From the NCBI GenBank assembly GCA_048213135.1, contig PS015010.1, positions 868,001 through 932,000 of the forward strand: a stretch of DNA of 64,000 nt. Direction: 5' to 3'. The translations under genes and the position numbers were made by a program. Positions 61,707 to 64,000 of the stretch are shown here, in pieces; the stretch's first letter is position 1, and each line of letters begins with the position of its first letter. This DNA is from Reclinomonas americana ATCC 50394 (taxonomy: Eukaryota). Under the pieces are notes generated by a model. The model did not search any database. It saw nothing but the letters and a program-made list of their open reading frames with translations, and was not told where the DNA came from.

Positions 61707-62970
61707 CGACAAAGATATCTATATATCCTGCAGGGACGGGCTGGTGGCGGAATTGCAGCGGCAGTACCGTGCCGGAAGTTTCAGTACGCTCAGTTTCAGC
61801 AGCGATGTACTGCTCACCAGCCTTTACGATATGGTGAAAGCTTTCCTGTTTTCCCTGCCCGATTTTTCTACTGTAAAAGCCAACTCGCAGTTTATAAAGC
61901 AGCTGCGTGACCTGGATGCAGTACAGCTTTTGCATGCCCGGGAAAATTTCGATAAGGGGTTACTCCGCTCGCTTACTTCATCTGATACGATAAAGGCCGC
62001 ACTGAAGCAGTTTACCGATTCCCTGGAAGCACACCGGGAGGAAATGATGTACTGGGCCATTATAGCGCCGATTGCCGGTTCCTCCGCATTCGTGATCGGT
62101 ACGGTATGCCAGATCGTTTGCGATTTTCTCAATACCATCGTATCGCTTCTCTCTTTCGCCTGGAAAGCGATGTCGTTTACAGGCAGGTATGTTTATAATG
62201 CAGTGGCCGGTAAGGAGGAAGGGGTGAGCATAGACATATCTGTTATACGGGAACTGGTTCCTGATATTGACCTCGAGAAATTTTTCATGGAAGATATCCC
62301 CGTATTCATCGACGAAGTGATGGCTTTTGGAGTAAGACTGGTGAACGACTATGCCGCGAATGCGGAAAAATGGGGAAAAGATACGGGAGACTACATACTT
62401 GCCGTTGCAGGCAATTCCTTCAACACTGCGTTCTCACTGTTTTTCGAACCCATGAACCCCAACGATGACATCATTACAAAAGCCTGGTGGGCAGTGAAGC
62501 AATGGTATTACATGGGTACGATGATTGGCCCTATGATCGTGGACATTGTACTGTTTTTTTGTTCGGGCTCGGTATCGGGTTATTTTTCAGCTGCCAATAA
62601 GCTGGGCAAAGTCACCAAGATCGGGGAACTCTTCAAGGCTTTCGAATATTTTTCAGAACTGAAAAAGCTGTCCATTATCCGCGTGATCGCTTCCAAATGG
62701 GAAGAGAGCAAGATACTCAGGGAACTGGTGGAAAAGATCTACAACGCGCTGATCAACCTGGCGCTGGGAGCGGGAGAGAAGCTCCGCACCCTGGTACAGG
62801 ACGTTTATAAGATGGTGAGCAAGGCTGATGATATGCCCGAAGTGGAAGTGGTGATGGAAAAAATAGATGAACTCTACGATAAAGCCCAAAATCTCGATTT
62901 CTTCCTGGGAACGGTCCTGCTGCTGGCAGGAGCAGAGTTTGACCAGGAGGGTGAACTGACATTAACATGA
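61681..62970 (+). CDS. Alpha-helical hypothetical protein with hydrophobic segments
   Basis: 429 aa, overlaps the upstream stop; hydrophobic stretches near aa 125-165 and 275-300. Confidence 0.7.
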   Translation: MQQQHQATSDKDIYISCRDGLVAELQRQYRAGSFSTLSFSSDVLLTSLYDMVKAFLFSLPDFSTVKANSQFIKQLRDLDAVQLLHARENFDKGLLRSLTSSDTIKAALKQFTDSLEAHREEMMYWAIIAPIAGSSAFVIGTVCQIVCDFLNTIVSLLSFAWKAMSFTGRYVYNAVAGKEEGVSIDISVIRELVPDIDLEKFFMEDIPVFIDEVMAFGVRLVNDYAANAEKWGKDTGDYILAVAGNSFNTAFSLFFEPMNPNDDIITKAWWAVKQWYYMGTMIGPMIVDIVLFFCSGSVSGYFSAANKLGKVTKIGELFKAFEYFSELKKLSIIRVIASKWEESKILRELVEKIYNALINLALGAGEKLRTLVQDVYKMVSKADDMPEVEVVMEKIDELYDKAQNLDFFLGTVLLLAGAEFDQEGELTLT

Positions 62971-64000
62971 GCATAAAAGTAAAACTGGAAAAAATACTGG
63001 CAAGAACGCCCACGCTGAAGATCGTGCTGTCGCCGCATTGTATTGAAGTACTGGAAGGATATTCCCGTTTTGAGCATGTCATCGGCGAAGGATATATAAA
63101 ACTCGGACTCGACCCCGCGAGAAAATCGTGGCTGGAAAAAATATACCTCCAGGCGATAACGGGTTACGATAACCTGCAACCGCTGCAGGTTGTACAGCGG
63201 GATGTACTGGAATTATTGCCGCTACTGGATCTTGACAAGAAAGTGAATATCATCAGGAGCGGGGCGGGGCATGACCTGGTGTTTGATGAACGATCGGTGC
63301 TGATGCTGTATAAAAACCTGCATATCGGTTCGGGAAATACCCGGCACGAATTTGAAGTATTTCTGCGTTACGGGGCCAATGTACATCTTACCGCTTCGCT
63401 GGTGAATGATGCGGATACCATGATCGATAATATACTCCCTGCCGGATTTACCCTGGAAAAAAAGCTGAAGATCGAGTTCGCGCTGGAAGACATTGGGGCC
63501 AAGGGAGAAGTATCATCGATACCCGACCTGGCCATGTATGCCGATATAGACTGGATGAAACAATTGCCGGACCCCGATACTGGTGAGATGAAAAAAGTAT
63601 ACCTTTTTGCCGATGCGTCGAAAAGCCGTACACCAATAACGTTCGACAGTAAATTCGTAGAAAATGTATCAACGCTGCGTGACAGTAAGGTGATCAAGCA
63701 ACAGTTGTCGCAGTTTATTCACAACAGGGGTCTGCTTTTTCTCGACGCCTTCGATAACCTCAGTCACCTGCCAGAAATGGACAGGATGAAAATGGTGACG
63801 GATCATATACCGCAACTGATGCAACATTACGTAATGCTGCCTGCCAATTTCAACATGCAGGATGTAGACATTTCTCTCTTTGTAACCAACGCCAAAGAAC
63901 TTTCAAGATTGTCTTTTACACCCCAACTGGAAGCGATAGGCCTGAAGACAGATGACGAAGCCTTTCAGCTTTTCATGACCGCTATGGATTCGCATATAGA
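62967..64000 (+). CDS. Hypothetical protein, 3'-truncated by window (absent from the ORF track)
   Basis: ATGA overlap with the previous stop; MSIKVKLEKILART... stays open to the window end. Confidence 0.75.
   Translation, partial: MSIKVKLEKILARTPTLKIVLSPHCIEVLEGYSRFEHVIGEGYIKLGLDPARKSWLEKIYLQAITGYDNLQPLQVVQRDVLELLPLLDLDKKVNIIRSGAGHDLVFDERSVLMLYKNLHIGSGNTRHEFEVFLRYGANVHLTASLVNDADTMIDNILPAGFTLEKKLKIEFALEDIGAKGEVSSIPDLAMYADIDWMKQLPDPDTGEMKKVYLFADASKSRTPITFDSKFVENVSTLRDSKVIKQQLSQFIHNRGLLFLDAFDNLSHLPEMDRMKMVTDHIPQLMQHYVMLPANFNMQDVDISLFVTNAKELSRLSFTPQLEAIGLKTDDEAFQLFMTAMDSHI

Noticed and set aside
1-64000. tRNA, rRNA, integrase, reverse transcriptase or cas genes
   Set aside because: None recognised by eye; tRNAscan-SE, Infernal and HMM searches would be needed to exclude them formally.

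Overview
Chromosomal window from a Bacteroidota organism, probably Chitinophagaceae. This is inferred from the gene content, TAnnTTTG -7 promoter boxes and GldM/SusC-type domains. It is a draft scaffold with four N-gaps and signs of 454-type read noise. Positions 1-46.4 kb are mostly housekeeping (holA, ribF, purM, ftsE-like, rpsO-pnp, prmA, plsY, dnaG, smc, hutH, hutU). Also in this part: a BlaI repressor with two BlaR1/M56 sensors (one fused to TonB-CTD, a plug-like domain and three TonB-box-like motifs, one fused to GldM-like domains), a HipA-like kinase/DUF3037 pair, and a RAYT transposase flanked by REPs and a 5 x 73-bp array that copies the transposase's own 3' end. From 46.4 kb the window is accessory. 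The best candidate for an undescribed system is an integron-like cassette array with no integrase in view (46788-50637). A PLD-family nuclease gene and a membrane-anchored UvrD helicase/nuclease gene are each bounded by G|TT...AAC core sites. These are exact reverse complements within each cassette (10 bp and 9 bp), and the genes are followed by long attC-like elements. Downstream lie radC/JAB, Rpn-like C-terminal tails, REP clusters, a degenerate 42-bp array, a papain-like protease pair, and an unannotated coupled operon led by a possible beta-pore-forming protein. All calls are by eye; no searches were run.
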